From the NCBI RefSeq assembly GCF_001949145.1, contig NW_019091356.1, positions 248,001 to 312,000 of the forward strand: a DNA stretch of 64,000 nt, in the 5' to 3' direction. The notes under the pieces were generated by a model, which worked only from the letters and a program-made list of their open reading frames with translations, had not been told where the DNA came from and searched no databases. The translations under genes and the position numbers were made by a program. Shown in pieces: positions 39,349 through 52,641 of the stretch (the first letter of the stretch is position 1; every line of letters begins with the position of its first letter). Source of the stretch: Acanthaster planci (lineage: Eukaryota).

Positions 39349-42275
39349 ATGCGACTGCAACGCTTGCGTTCACAGTCGTTCGTGAAACAGCGATGCGCAA
39401 GTACTACCAAAGGAGCCTCCATTGCCAGGAAATTTCTACTGTCTCTTGGTCCAGCACAGAGCCCATAACCACTAGCCAGTTGGACTTCTACTATTCCAAG
39501 CCGTCACAAAGTACTTCGAATGCAAACCTAAATTCAGGGTCGAAGCGGTTAATACTGGGGGTACTTGCTAGAGTTCTAGCCTCTGTTGCTATCAGAATCT
39601 AAGAGATTGAGGTTGCATGTTATCTTGGATAGGAAATTGTAATTTCCTTGCTAAACAAATGGGCAACAATTGAGTTGGCATAAATGTGCCATGGAGTGTA
39701 TGATTGGGTTTTCCCCACAGAGTTTATCGATAAGCATCCTCCATTCCTGTGTCATCCATCCTTTAGGAAATCATCATGTTCGATCATTTACTAGAATGCT
39801 GTGCTCAGGAAACAACCTTATTCATCACTACTGTCATTTGATGCCAAGACAGTGGGAGATTTGGTGGCAATTCAGACTTCGAAAACGACGTGCGTGACCA
39901 TCATCGAATGCAATCTTCCGCTTGCTTGGTTCTTTCATTTCCTATTCACATTTCAAGAAGTCGTAAATGACTGCCGTGGCACAGGAAAGTCGTGATGCGA
40001 AACATGCCTATCCCCAACCAGAGAGGATTTGGGGAAGTAAGTTCGTTTTATGGTTCCTTCACAGCTTTCAAACGCCGCAACAACAAACAAGACGAGATAA
40101 CTATACATGACCGCATACACAATATCTTCGTCTTGCATGCACTACATAAAAATGCTGCCGCCTGGAAAAAATGAAGCCGTAGAGAATTTACCACAATAGT
40201 ACGTCGTTGCTGTTAGAACAACTGGCAACAATGTACTTTTAAGAGAAAGAAATCTAAACATTTATAGCGTTCACTTAAAATGACAAAATAACTGACCTAT
40301 ACCTTTGATGAACCAATTGTTCAGATTAATGTTGACTATCAAAAAGTATAGTCACGATCAAGATCCAATCTAAATTTGCCAGGTTTCCATCATAGATCTG
40401 ACTTCAAGGTTATGCAGGAAATTCACATCTGCACTTCATTTTCTTCCTGCTTGGTGGCATGTGTAATGAAGATCACGAAGGACCTGACATGTCTGTTACG
40501 TTTCTGTCCAGTGTCATTTCCCCCCCGATTCTTGGCAATAATCCATGAATGGCATGCTTTTGCTATCAAAATGCTGTCAGGTCACTGGTGCAGTACCAAT
40601 AGAAAGTCACAAGAAGCTCCCATTAATTGGATCCACTTTTTCTATACTTGGAACTCCTTCAGAATTCACAGGTACAGTACTCCCGTAGCTTCTCCGTTTA
40701 ACCTTTTATGGCACTTCATAACAAGTTGAAAATTCTTGTAGTTGGCGCCAACCAAAGCTAGCGGTTGTAGCTAAACACAACTTTCTTTTTTTATTAAGTG
40801 ACCAAATACATGTAAAATTTGTTGACAGATCATGTAAGTTTTGCATGTGTAGATATTTGTTGGTGGAACACACCAAGAAGATGTGTTAATTTTTTTAATG
40901 ACGTTTCATATCAACAGTCTGCTCCAGAAGAATTGATCATACCATGCTGGTGATGAACAGTGACAGACATTCTTCCGTCAAATAAATTGACACACGGCGT
41001 ATCTAAACAGTACAAACGTCTCAAATTAAAATGAAAGAAATTTAGAAACATAATGAATGCAACGATGACTGTAAACTCATTTTTGATTTGGGTGATGATT
41101 GTTGGACTTACAAACAAAATCAGCTGAAACAAACACATTTGTAAGTAATAGATGAAATGACATATTATTTCACTTTTCAAATTCCAGCAGCGTCAAATTA
41201 AGTACCGGTATATGTAAATGGGATATTCATTGTACAATGTATGTAATAAATGTATAGCAAACGTTATCGTTTGGCGAATAAATTCTTGAAACGATTGAAA
41301 GTAACTAATAGATTAATATTAAAACATAGATGTTTAAAATCTGGGTAAATACCATCTCTTTAGACACATATTTTAATATCGTGATAGATAAAAACAAGCC
41401 CATGTACTTTGAATTAAGTTATTTACAATATCAACTACCTTCAATATCATTCCGCATTTTCTCCACAATACAACTGTAAGATCTTAACTTTCTGTTATGG
41501 TGTCACAGTTTTGAAAACGTCCAAGTGGTAAAATCTGCATGCATTCAGAGTAGTAAATATTTGAAAAGTGAGTGATACACCATCAAGAATCTGGTGAGAT
41601 GGTGACGGATAGGTGTTGATACTGAAGGGGAGACTTTGTAAACAAGCATATATACATGTATGTACAAAGGGAATGAAGCCAAAATTGGTAGTGTCGGACA
41701 ACTATGGATTGAAATTATTCACAAGCAGATCTTGCTCTTTAGATTTAAGTTTTCTGAATCTTTCAATATATAGGTAAAAATGCTCTTTATAACTGTATGA
41801 TGACTATGAGTTGCATTGAAGCTAGTTTGACCTTAAAAGGTTATTTATATAAATGAAGTCACGTATTGGTTAATTTTTTCGGGCCTAAGTAGCCCCCTAA
41901 CTGCCCATAGCTATGCCCAAACTAGAACCAAACTATGGGAAATGACACGAACTGTGTCTTGAGATGGGCATCAAGAGTGGAACCAAACAAGAGAAGTCCT
42001 AAACTCTTGCGCTGCAAAAATACGGAGTGTTTAAACAGGATTCGGTCTGAAAGTGACACACACAGTTATTTTCTGGTCTTTGTTCACACTGCCTTAGCTC
42101 AGCAACACTTTCTTTCCATGCGCATTTCTCTCTCCAACGCAATGATTGTCACAGAAATATTTGAGTACTGTGGACGCAAGAGGGCGCTGTACTTACTATA
42201 AAAATAATCTTCGGTAAACATTCGCTTTACCCTATCCAAGCCATATTATCTGCGTCGATTTCACCGCTTCATTTA

Positions 42276-42589
42276 TCAGAAACCATCCCTTTTTGCCACA
42301 TTAGAGTTGGTCATCCTAGCGTTTCCACCGGCACTTGGTCGCTCCACATCTCTCTCCAACGTCACTGATGGTATCTCATATCCATCAGCATCTATTCCGG
42401 AGTACGTGGGGTTTTCAACCGTACCTGTCTGGACTTCATCGTAGATGTCGATGTATGAGTTGGGAGAGGGTTGAAATCGGGGATCATGGTCGACATCACT
42501 GCGTATAGTCTCATACCCTCCTAAGCTGTTGTTAGGATCTGTCACATCTCTTGTGAAAGTGGCTGGATTTCGGGGCAAAGGGGTTGGTG
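42276..42589 (-). CDS. Gene B exon 9: cytoplasmic tail with NPxY and Tyr motifs, stop
   Basis: (A)PTPLPRNP...GGYETI...SYIDIYDEVQTGTVENPTYSGIDADGYEIP...KRDGF then TGA; acceptor tgtaccgtag. Confidence 0.88.
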
Positions 42590-42983
42590 CTACGGTACAA
42601 ACGAATAGACAAACACCGATTCAAATAACTGAGGTTTATAACCAGAGTCTAAAAAGACACGAATTTTTTACTTTTTGTCTTTAAGATGGATGATCCTTAT
42701 CAATTCGATGCAGTTAAATGGCAACTTCCCAAAAATTTATTTGTATGTAAAGTATTGACATATTTATCAAACAGGTTTCAATGTGCTTATGCAGGATACT
42801 AAGGAACGTGTGTATCGATTGTCAATTCCAATTGCAATGAATTAAGACATGTATGTCAAACGGTAAACCAGACTTGGGAAGGAAAGGGGCTTATTTTATT
42901 TACCAGTTTTGGAATGTGCCATCGTATCCAGTAATATATCGTAACTTGAATCATGTCTAGTTTGCTGTCAGAATTGAACTCAC

Positions 42984-43108
42984 CTAAATCCACATTCCCA
43001 GCCTGGTATCTTATTGTACCGTTAGTATGAGGTACACTGCTCTGAAGGGACATCCGTGACATGGGGTTCGAAGTTCCGTTGGCTTGTGATACAAGTGCCA
43101 CACTTGGT
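42984..43108 (-). CDS. Gene B exon 8: short cytoplasmic exon
   Basis: (T)PSVALVSQANGTSNPMSRMSLQSSVPHTNGTIRYQAGNVDL; acceptor acgtacag, donor G|gtgagt; phase 2 to 1. Confidence 0.82.
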
Positions 43109-43544
43109 CTGTACGTTGTAAGGACAGCAATTATGAATAATCACCTGATATAAATAGCAGATGCATGGTCAAATGGGTGAGGGACGTCAAAATCCACCTG
43201 TTCCTTTATTGAATCCGCTGTTGTACTGAAAAATATATCTACGTGTACTTCTTCTTTGCCTGATTGAGTATATGGCTCCAAATAAATTTTGTACCAGCAA
43301 CGTGCCAAAGTTATCGAAAGTACTTAAAGAAAAAAAGGCACTCATTGATAATTTCCATTTTAAGTTTAAACATTTTGTCTAGACCTGTAGCTGATCAAGA
43401 GTTTTTATGCCCCGTTGTTTGCAATCCAAGAGGATACATAATTGTGTTACCATACTGCAGGAATTTTCTAGGTTTTTTAAACACGTCTTCTATCATCAAA
43501 GCAGAAAATAAAACTTCACATTTTAGTTATTTTAGTTTACTTAC

Positions 43545-43671
43545 GTATTTGGTTTAGGACGATTGTATTTACACAAGATGCACACGGCCGTGATAATAAT
43601 GGCGAACAACAGGAAGGCGACCGACGCGGCAATCGCTGCGATTACCCCAGGACTCAAATCCATGCCACTTT
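43545..43671 (-). CDS. Gene B exon 7: transmembrane helix
   Basis: (E)SGMDLSPGVIAAIAASVAFLLFAIIITAVCILCKYNRPKPN; acceptor ttttcgtag, donor AC|gtaagt; not in the ORF track. Confidence 0.9.
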
Positions 43672-43963
43672 CTACGAAAATACAAGAACAATGATTACGG
43701 AATTTCAAATTTTAATCCTTTCTTTTCTGTCTTTTCTGAGACTCTTCCCATGTTCACTTGACTCGACGAGAACGACAAAGGAACATGTCGCATAACCCCA
43801 AAAGAGAGACGCAAACAGAACCAGAGCAGAGAAGCTGATATCATGACCCCGAATCATCTCGAATAAATGTCGCCACATGCTGTCAACAATCTTGTTTTTT
43901 TATCAGTCATAATGAACAAGTCTAGACGATAAAATGTTGCTTTTACTTACCAAAAATTTTTAA

Positions 43964-43981
43964 AATAATAATAATAATAAT
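43964..43981 (+). repeat. (AAT)6 microsatellite
   Basis: aataataataataataat in a gene B intron. Confidence 0.8.
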
Positions 43982-44604
43982 CTTACCACAATCTCAATCA
44001 CTCCAATGGAACTATAGATGTAATGAGAGTTTAATTATCCTTTCGAAAGGCGAAACTGCGCGTCACTGTGTTCATTTAGAAGCTAGAGAAAATTCACATG
44101 GATATATGACGTCGTTTTCTGACGTCCCGATCAAATGCATGTATCACAGATGTAGATCTCTCTGTCACGCCTATCTCCGTGCGCATGGAAGACATTAGCA
44201 ATTTTATGGACACACTTCATTGCATTGTCGGTAATTGTCAAGTCCATGAACAAAACTAGTGAGATTCATTTGTATATAGAAGCATATTAAAACCTGAAAA
44301 CACCCGATGCTGTCGTGTACCTTACTGAATAGACGTTCTTTTCAAGACAAATTGGATTCATTTCCTTCAACGGATCTTCGGGGCTTGTTCCCCTATTAAC
44401 GGTATTACATAGGAGTAGTCGAGTTTGTGTAATGGAACTAAACTGACCAGGTTTGAAACTCATGCACACTTTACTCTCACAATAAATTAAACAGATAGGC
44501 CTACGCATTCCAGTGCACACAACGGTGCTTCTTGAGATCTAAAGCTGTAAATCTACTGTAGAGAAAGGGAACGATCAAGATGCCAAAAGATAATGTTTTC
44601 TTAC

Positions 44605-44708
44605 CTAAACAAGTTCCACTGATAGGCTCACATTGCTCGGATTCTGTACAGATGCACGTTTGGGAACAACTTTCACCCCAATGGTTGTCTTCACATGGTA
44701 ATGTACAT
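44605..44708 (-). CDS. Gene B exon 6: terminal half EGF repeat
   Basis: (L)CTLPCEDNHWGESCSQTCICTESEQCEPISGTCL; acceptor ctttcccaag (AAG type), donor G|gtaaga; not in the ORF track. Confidence 0.9.
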
Positions 44709-44996
44709 CTTGGGAAAGATACAAATTAGCAAGGAAAAACAGTTACACCAATTTTTTTTTTCTAATACTACAACATTTCCATCAACTCATGCAGTATGTT
44801 CATGAGAATACTTTTCATCCTTTTCACTTATGGCTGTGAATGATAATTGTTATGACAGTCTTTTAACAAAGAGGGCGCCATTCATGAAGCGCGTTGCACG
44901 ACAACGGAGATTGAGACATATGACTCCTGATATGGCCACAAAGTCACATTTCCACCATAATGCATTTCCAAAGCAATTACTGAAAAAAACACTTAC

Positions 44997-45441
44997 AATT
45001 TTCCCTTCCATCCCTTGGGACAGCTGAAGCAGGTGCCACCCACGTGATCACAACCATCATCTTCTGGGCAGTTACACTGCTGTTGACAATCATCACCAAA
45101 ATATCCCGATGGACACCGTTTATCACAGTAGTCCCCAACCCACCCAGGCAGACAGGTGCATCGCCCGTCCGTTGGTTGACAAGATGCTCCGTTGACACAC
45201 TGACAATTCTCCCGACAGAGATATCCTTGTGTGGCATTATCACAACTATGTGTGCAGTACCTCCCTCGCCATCCGTCTTGACATACACACCTGCCCAGGA
45301 TATTGTCACAGAACAACATCTCCGGGCTGCACAAACTACAGAAAGCAACGCTCCCGCTCTGGCAACTTGAATTGGTAGAGGAAGCCTGGCAGTTTGTTTG
45401 ACAAAGATCACCAGCAAAGTCGATCGGACACAGGCAGCTAC
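44997..45441 (-). CDS. Gene B exon 5: EGF repeats
   Basis: (G)SCLCPIDFAGDLC...CVNGASCQPTDGRCTCLPGWVGDYC...CPKGWKGK; acceptor tgttgacag, donor TT|gtaagt. Confidence 0.93.
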
Positions 45442-45576
45442 CTGTCAACAAAATAAAGGTAATGTGAATAAAATACTCCAGAGTTATAAAAATAACGAAA
45501 TAACTCAATGAACTATGACGAATTGAGACACTCTGGAACCTTCAGATCACAACAGATGTTCCATGATTTGGCTTAC

Positions 45577-45786
45577 CAGTGACTGGGTGACACGAACCGC
45601 CATTTTGGCAAGGACAAGAATTTCCACAATCATCTCCATACCAGCCATCTGGACATGTCCGCTCACAGTGCTGACCAGTCCAACCTGGCTTACAATCACA
45701 GGAACCGTTGGTGTGGTTACACTCACCGTCGTTCAGACAGTAACACGTCAAGGTACAATTACGGCCGTAAGTTAAGGCTGGACAAA
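45577..45786 (-). CDS. Gene B exon 4: EGF repeats
   Basis: (V)CPALTYGRNCTLTCYCLNDGECNHTNGSCDCKPGWTGQHC...CHPVT; acceptor ttgtgtag, donor G|gtaagc. Confidence 0.93.
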
Positions 45787-46240
45787 CTACACAAGGTTTT
45801 GGAAATGGAAAACGATAACAAAGCATGAAAAGACACCGATAAATAACAATTACCAGATCAAACTTCTAAAGGGGAATGGTGATTTACTGCTTACCGTTAA
45901 TTATTTTTTAAAACATTCAAAGCTAAAATGTGGCAAAGATATTCAACAAGCCGCTTCTCAAATGAAGCGAACCAGTCTTTCTATTCCTAAAGCAGATAAC
46001 AACCGACAGGTCATCGCACTTTAAAAAGTGTCAACAAAACTGTGCAACTTTTAGTGATGAGCCCTTTAATGGATTTGTGGAAGAAGAACTGGATCACACC
46101 AATAACCCACAGAAATTGGTCCTAGCTCTATGACTAAACCCAAGACAAGGAGTGGCAGTCAAGTCCTCTAGCCATCCGAGTTCCCAATCCACCTGTGGAT
46201 TTCATATTATCCGATTTCATGTAAAATTGGAATATCTTAC

Positions 46241-46335
46241 CTTTTGGACAGGATTCACCCTCCTGCAAGAACCCATCACAACATCCGTAACTCTTCACCC
46301 TCAGGTACAAATCAGGAGCAGAGATAACGCCTGAC
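46241..46335 (-). CDS. Gene B exon 3: EMI end with CCxGF
   Basis: (R)SGVISAPDLYLRVKSYGCCDGFLQEGESCPK; acceptor tgtgtcatag, donor G|gtaaga. Confidence 0.88.
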
Positions 46336-46529
46336 CTATGACACAAAACTGAAAACTTTTAACACCTGTATGGGTTATCATAACCATTCACATTTAGAGT
46401 AATCTTATGATTTGCATGCCATAATATGTACCCATGTCATTGAACTTTAAAATAAAGCATTAATCATCCTTATATGAAATAAGGCTAACTGCTCAGAAAC
46501 TACATAATACGCCCACTGTTTGCCCTTAC

Positions 46530-46619
46530 CTGAGAGCATGGCACGTCGCAGAAGGGTAAAACGAGTCACACTCGTCCATCAGTTCACCTTCTGTCTTGTA
46601 ACTGGTTGCCAAATCTAAG
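46530..46619 (-). CDS. Gene B exon 2: EMI middle (two Cys)
   Basis: Acceptor tatttag; (S)LDLATSYKTEGELMDECDSFYPSATCHAL; donor AG|gtaagg; phase 2 to 2. Confidence 0.75.
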
Positions 46620-46968
46620 CTAAATACGTGTACAAAAATAACTCCTTGGTGATTGTCACTGACAATGGTTCATAATAAAAGAACATAGTTTGTAAACCCA
46701 TGGGTTACCAGTCAAAATTGTCGGACACTCAGGTACCCCCTTTTCCACCCATCTATTGAGTTTCTTAATGTCTGGGATTTTATAGTGAATGAACAAAATA
46801 GGCCTGACTTTCAACATAATCCTTATGAAACCTGTGAAACCTAAATCAAGCATTCAATTTCACAGGTGAGCAAATGGTCGAGTTTTTATCCCCACCTACC
46901 TATCCATTCCCTTTCCCCCACTCCCCCCGGGCAACTGCTATCTCAAACCTACATGAACAAATACCCAC

Positions 46969-47216
46969 CTTATTTTAGCACACACGTTTACTTCATCGTG
47001 GATTAGACCAAACGGATTGACGAAAATCCATGCTGCTTCAACTTGTTCATGATCTGACGACAATATCTCTGATTCAGATAAGCAAAGAGTTCCATGTGCC
47101 AAGAGTAAAGCAGTGGCAATGTGATGTAAAACGTCCCTTCTTGTGTGACAAGCGTGAACAGCCATGTTGACAATGGTAAAAGATGTTATGGGCATTTCAA
47201 AGAGGAAGCATGTCAT
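46969..47216 (-). CDS. Gene B exon 1: leader/signal region and EMI start
   Basis: ...HIATALLLAHGTLC-LSESE...DEVNVCAKI; donor AG|gtgggt, phase 2; start ATG is 47216 or the in-frame 47165; an acceptor ttcacttcag just upstream suggests a non-coding first exon. Confidence 0.7.
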
Positions 47217-50200
47217 CCGCTGAAGTGAATGAATTCTGCTTTATCTTTGTTCCCTTCTGGCTATCCACTTCCTCGAATTCAATTTTGAGGATGTTATGAA
47301 CCCAACATCAAAGCAGTCATTTCAGTAGAACATCGAAATAACGTACAGTGGTCCACGTTGCACAACTGAAGCATTTTGTCTAGTCGTAACAGTCGTCGTA
47401 TTCCACGGGTAAATTTCAAGTTCACTCTACTAACACCACTGATTCGAGAACAGGCGCAGAGTCAGAGGTTCAAAAGTATTTCCGAATTTTCAGTTCTGTT
47501 TAGAACCAAACGCCTAATTCCCGTCCTTGGTGTATGCTGAAAATGGTAGGCCTTAGTATACAACAAACACGCAATTGTTAGGTCATGCTTGGTCACTACA
47601 TGCATCAATGACCATCATACTGGTTACCCTTTGTTGTTCAGCTACAAAACTGTTCTGATCAAAACATACATATTCATGAATAAGATGACTCACTACTGGG
47701 TAGATGATATGGATAGCAAAGTCTTCATCTTTGTGTTTTTACGAGGGCATGTATTGGAGCTGAAATTTGCATTGACGCAAATAGCATTCATTGATCAATA
47801 CCAGCAATGTTCAGCTTGAAAAGGAAAGTTAGAGTAGAGAACAATAATTCTATTCAACCATGTTTCTGAGAAAAAACGGTCGCCCTCAACAGACCACAAA
47901 GACTTCAGTAACCGATATGAACATAAATCTTCCGTATGAATGGCAACGTGGTTTTCAAAGGAAATTATAATGATGTCACCTTCAACACAGGAAATGAAAA
48001 CACTACATGGTAGGGGACGAAAACTGCTCGGGCATGCACTCAAAGTCCTAATCTGTGGAAACATTCCACTGAGAGTCTTGCACTATTCATAATTAAATCC
48101 GGAACATTGTCAAAGAGTGTTTCTGCTCATCTTCCAAAGAGTCACAGTGCATTAAACAATTGAGATTTTCAGATAACATTATCTATCCTGACTTTTGGCT
48201 TAGTTAAAACGCTACGAATAAATTCAAATCACTTGGAGAAATGAACTTCATGCACTTCTTGCTAACTAGAATCAAAGATATAAATGGCTGCTCTGTTACT
48301 GTGCATGCATGAAAAGGCCATGCATACTCGAAAAGCTAACCATATCATTTTAGATGGCGACCTCACTTTGAATTGGCTTAGCAAATTCTGGAGCAGCGTG
48401 GAGCAACATTTGAACTATATAGCGCCCTCGTCACAACGTTAATCTGGCTTAAACACTGATTTGTACCCATTTCTGTTTCATGTAGGCTAACCGTAGGTCA
48501 AAGATGGATTGTAAAGTGATGTGAGTCTTTCTAGCTTACAACTATACAATGACATTTGCATAATTTGATCTTAATCTGGTGGTCACATGTTATATTTTGC
48601 TGAATTGTTGGGCCACGTGGCTTCCAAGAAAAGTTTAAGCAGTGTTCACTCCATGTTTTTAGGGAAAATAAAATAAACAAAATATTCGCAACAAATTCAA
48701 TAATACGTTTTCCACCAACAATATAATCTGGATTACGATTTCTAGATGGTCTATGAAATCCGATCTAATCTTGCTAAACTGAACGATATGAAATTTCATC
48801 GTGTTCTAAAGTTCTTCAAGCATTTTGTCTTTTATTAAATCAGGTGCACTTTTATTATTTTTTCCAGTAACTTACGATTGTCAACTTGCAGAAATTCTTT
48901 GATGGAAATTCCTATCCTATCCTATCAACAGTTCTGTTATGCTAGAGATGTAGTTTTGTAATCTTGGAACAGAGCAGTTAAAGTCATGAATAAAACAATT
49001 GGCAGTGAAAACCCACTGAATGACACAAACAGGAAACGGAAACCAGCGAAGATCCTGATAAAGTTGATTGTTCTGGGTTCCAGTTTGTGAGAGACCAACC
49101 TTTAGTACACGGTTAGCTTACAATCAAGAGACACCACTCAACCTACTTCCCGATTAAAGTCAATATGACACAGAACATTCACGTTCCTCGGTCGGCGTTT
49201 TTTTTTAAACTTTGGTTTTATTTACCTAAGTTTAGGGTTTCAACATGGTGATGACAAGCTGTCGGGTTCTAATATCCGTCCAGAGCGTTTCGTCATTATA
49301 TCAGAAAAGGGATGCACTTATCCGCAAGCATTATGGCCGTCAATTAACCTGAACACGTTCTTAACTTTAAGCAGAAATGTATCAATTTATGCGTATGGCA
49401 AAAACTGTCTCTTCTGCTTCGCGTATATGAGAAAAACTCATTAAGCCTTCCACACTGTTTAATTAACATGAAAGAACTCCTTTACGGAACATGGTTTCTT
49501 GCCCGAGCATCCTTTGGCGCAGCTTTCCACGTCAGTAATATTTTCTACGAAGGTTTGATTCGCTGATTTCCATACATTCTTGAAACTGATGTAATATTAA
49601 GGGTGCCGAGAGAGAACAAAAATACTTCGCAACAAATGTCAGCAACTAAAAAAATGTAAAAATACGTCAGCGCAGTTGTAATATCAGCGTTTAATCCGGA
49701 CTCAACAAAAATAGACACTTATGCCACTATTTCTAATTATTTAAAGGTTAGATTTGTAACTGATGGATTAAATACAATTACAAGTACATGTATGTTATGC
49801 TTCATTATATTTCAATTCCAGCAAAGTTAAAAGCTTTTTTAAAAAATATTTCGATACTCGCCAGCATTTAAGTATGAATTAGTCAAAGCTCTTTTAAATT
49901 AATTCACCAAGAAGTTACTACTTTTGTTTATTTCGAATGGCACATAAATTCATATTGCCAAAAAAGTTATAGTATACTTCATAGCCTCGGGATAAAACAG
50001 CTTTGAATTATTTCGAAATACAGTCTATATTCTACAGGACTCCGTCGTCTTCGCTGCAATTCAAAGTCAACTTTGATTTGGCATTATGTTATAAAACTTC
50101 TAGAATTTTTGTAACTGATCATTTAGAAAATATCATGACATTTCCACAGGCACAGTTTTTCAGTCTTTCCGTCCATTATACGGAAAACTAGCAAAAAGAG

Positions 50201-52641
50201 GAGATACCGTTGCCCTAGATAAATGGAAGACAATAATTCATTAGTATCTAATTACTTAGTTTCTGAGTTGGTCATTGACGTCTTATTAAAACACTCCTAA
50301 TTTGAGGATCTCCTCGATATCATTAAACATTAACTTCAGTGCTTTTCCCTGTATTATTGGAATAATTAGCACAAGAACAAAAGAGGCAAACGTCTTAAAA
50401 AGCTGACAAGTTGAACGAAATAACGAAAAGTATACATTTACATGTATATTGATATAAATCCGACAGTACATGAAGCGATATAAGCAATCTGAGACTGGAC
50501 ACAAAACGTGAAAATACAAAAAATTAGTGTGAACTCTCCCTTTTTCATCCGGAGATTTGCTTGAAAACTGACGAGAAAATGAGTACACGTGCTACAAACG
50601 CTCAGAATTGCCTTAAAGGACAAGAAAATGGTGAAGCATATGACCCGCGGTTACACGTGGAGTTCTTGTGACACATCCCAAAATAAGTATACATGCATTG
50701 TAATGGCACTGTGACAGCAGATTGGACAACTGTCAAATGACGATGACTTCAGAGCATGAATCTTGGGACAGACCTGTGATTTTACTTACTTATACGGGTT
50801 GGGTTTGTACCATGCACGGTGTTTGATTCACACAAACCGGATGGACCGAGGGTGTTTGTTACTAAAAAGCCAGCAATTACGCTTCCGTCATACGCATTGC
50901 TCATTCCCTAATGATAAAAGGCAGATTACATGGACTGTCTCCAGGCAAACAAGAGTCGGATTACTTAGTCTGGCAGGATTTTTCTGGAGGGAAGAAACTT
51001 GACATATTGCCAAGCGTCAAGGTTAAATGCTACGCTACTAAATCAAGGTAGGAAGCCATATTTGGACAAATCAGAATGCTTCCCTTTTTCCTCACAGCAA
51101 AATGCAGAGTGGTTTTACCGTATACGTTGAGAATTGTCGTCATTATTGACACGTGCATAAAATAATACTTAGACAACATGTATACAGACACTGAACACTA
51201 AGAAAAAGGTCTAGTTATGGTTTCTTAGCGACACACTGCATTGCGAACTCTTTCTATTGCATCAATTTAGTTTAAATCCACCATAAGGTGAAAAATATTA
51301 CACTCTTCAATTATTCAGTATTGCAGATTATGGCATTAAACAAAACTCGAGCAACAAACAAAACGATTGATTATTATACTAAGTAAGGTAATCTATGTGA
51401 GTTGTGATTTAAAAAATGGTTAATCAACAAGAGTGAGTCCATAAGGAATGTCCTCAATCACACGATCATAAAATTCTCTTGTGATATCTTCGCCTATCAC
51501 TGTCACGAGAGTTCACTGCATTATGGGTCGTTATATAATTTATCTGAGATTACGGTATGATTGATATTTAGATCACACGAACTAATTCATCAAGTTAAAT
51601 TTTAACCTTGATATTTTGGACAACCGATCTACAAATACTAGAAAGGCTGCAATCGAACACTTTTTCAATAGCATACAATATTCCTAACTACAGCTAAAAA
51701 TTAGAGGACCGAAATGTGGTAACATTCTCCCGTTTTAACCTCAAGTGAAGAAACATGCAGTAGTGTACGGTCTTGACACGTGTTACAACAACCATGCTAC
51801 AGTCCATTTTATACCATAATATATCGCTGCTGTTTTAGCCAGTAACTGAACAAATTTTCTTTTAATATGTCTTACTAGTCCACAAGCAAACCCTAGTAAT
51901 GGCCAAAAATAGTAAAAAACTAAAGATTACGTGACTAATCGACCGCATTTTTTACATGATTTGCACTTACGTTCCATTTGAGGAAACAACCTTCACATAA
52001 CCTGTATGTAAACAGTTCTACAAAATTTCTAGTATGAAAATAACTGAGCCGGGAAATACGTTTACAAAAAGCATTAATTATTGACACTTTGTCAAGTTCA
52101 CTTATTGTACTTCCTTTTGCCAAATACAAGCACATTGCGTTTTGCACATTGTTGATGCTTGGTAAAATACATAACACTATAATGACGAGAAATAAAAAGG
52201 AATTGGCATTTCAGAGCCCAAGATGGCTTCCATAATATAATAGCTACACTGCAAAAGCATTTTCCATTAAATTAGGAAAAAGAACCTTGAAGCCACGGGT
52301 GACAATAATTTCCCGTAAAATTTACACTCACCGTAATTACAAACTTAAAGAGTAAGACAACTGATGACTTAGGCCTATCCTTTACTTGCTCATACATTTG
52401 ACAGAAAATCGTTGGCTCTCATAGCTTCCAAATTATCTGTCGTAAATTCACGGGATTTCGTTTTACAATTTAAGAGCATACTTTGATCTGTTTGTATCGC
52501 AAATGTTCCAGAACCGAAGCAAACAATAAAGACAATGACAGGAGTTGTACATTGCTCATCTACCGATTGTCTAGACTGTTTCCACTCTAGAAACATTTAT
52601 TGCAACATTTAGGAACACTGCACAAGTGGTAAAGAAAACTC

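Larger units (their letters stand above)
42276..47216 (-). other. Gene B span: compact CED-1/Draper/MEGF10-like receptor (EMI, about 5.5 EGF, TM, NPxY tail), 9 coding exons, about 585 aa
   Basis: Exons 46969-47216, 46530-46619, 46241-46335, 45577-45786, 44997-45441, 44605-44708, 43545-43671, 42984-43108, 42276-42589; phases 2,2,1,1,2,1,2,1 all compatible; 1758 nt. Confidence 0.85.

Noticed and set aside
43987..44011. 25-nt AG/GT-bounded segment before the gene B TM exon that would add VPLE-stop (secreted isoform)
   Set aside because: Such sites occur by chance, the product would be a likely NMD target, and it cannot be supported without transcripts.
44287..44520. 77-aa minus-strand ORF between the gene B EGF and TM exons
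   Set aside because: No compatible strong splice sites or domain pattern were found, and it contains a TAGGCCTA motif typical of non-coding DNA here.
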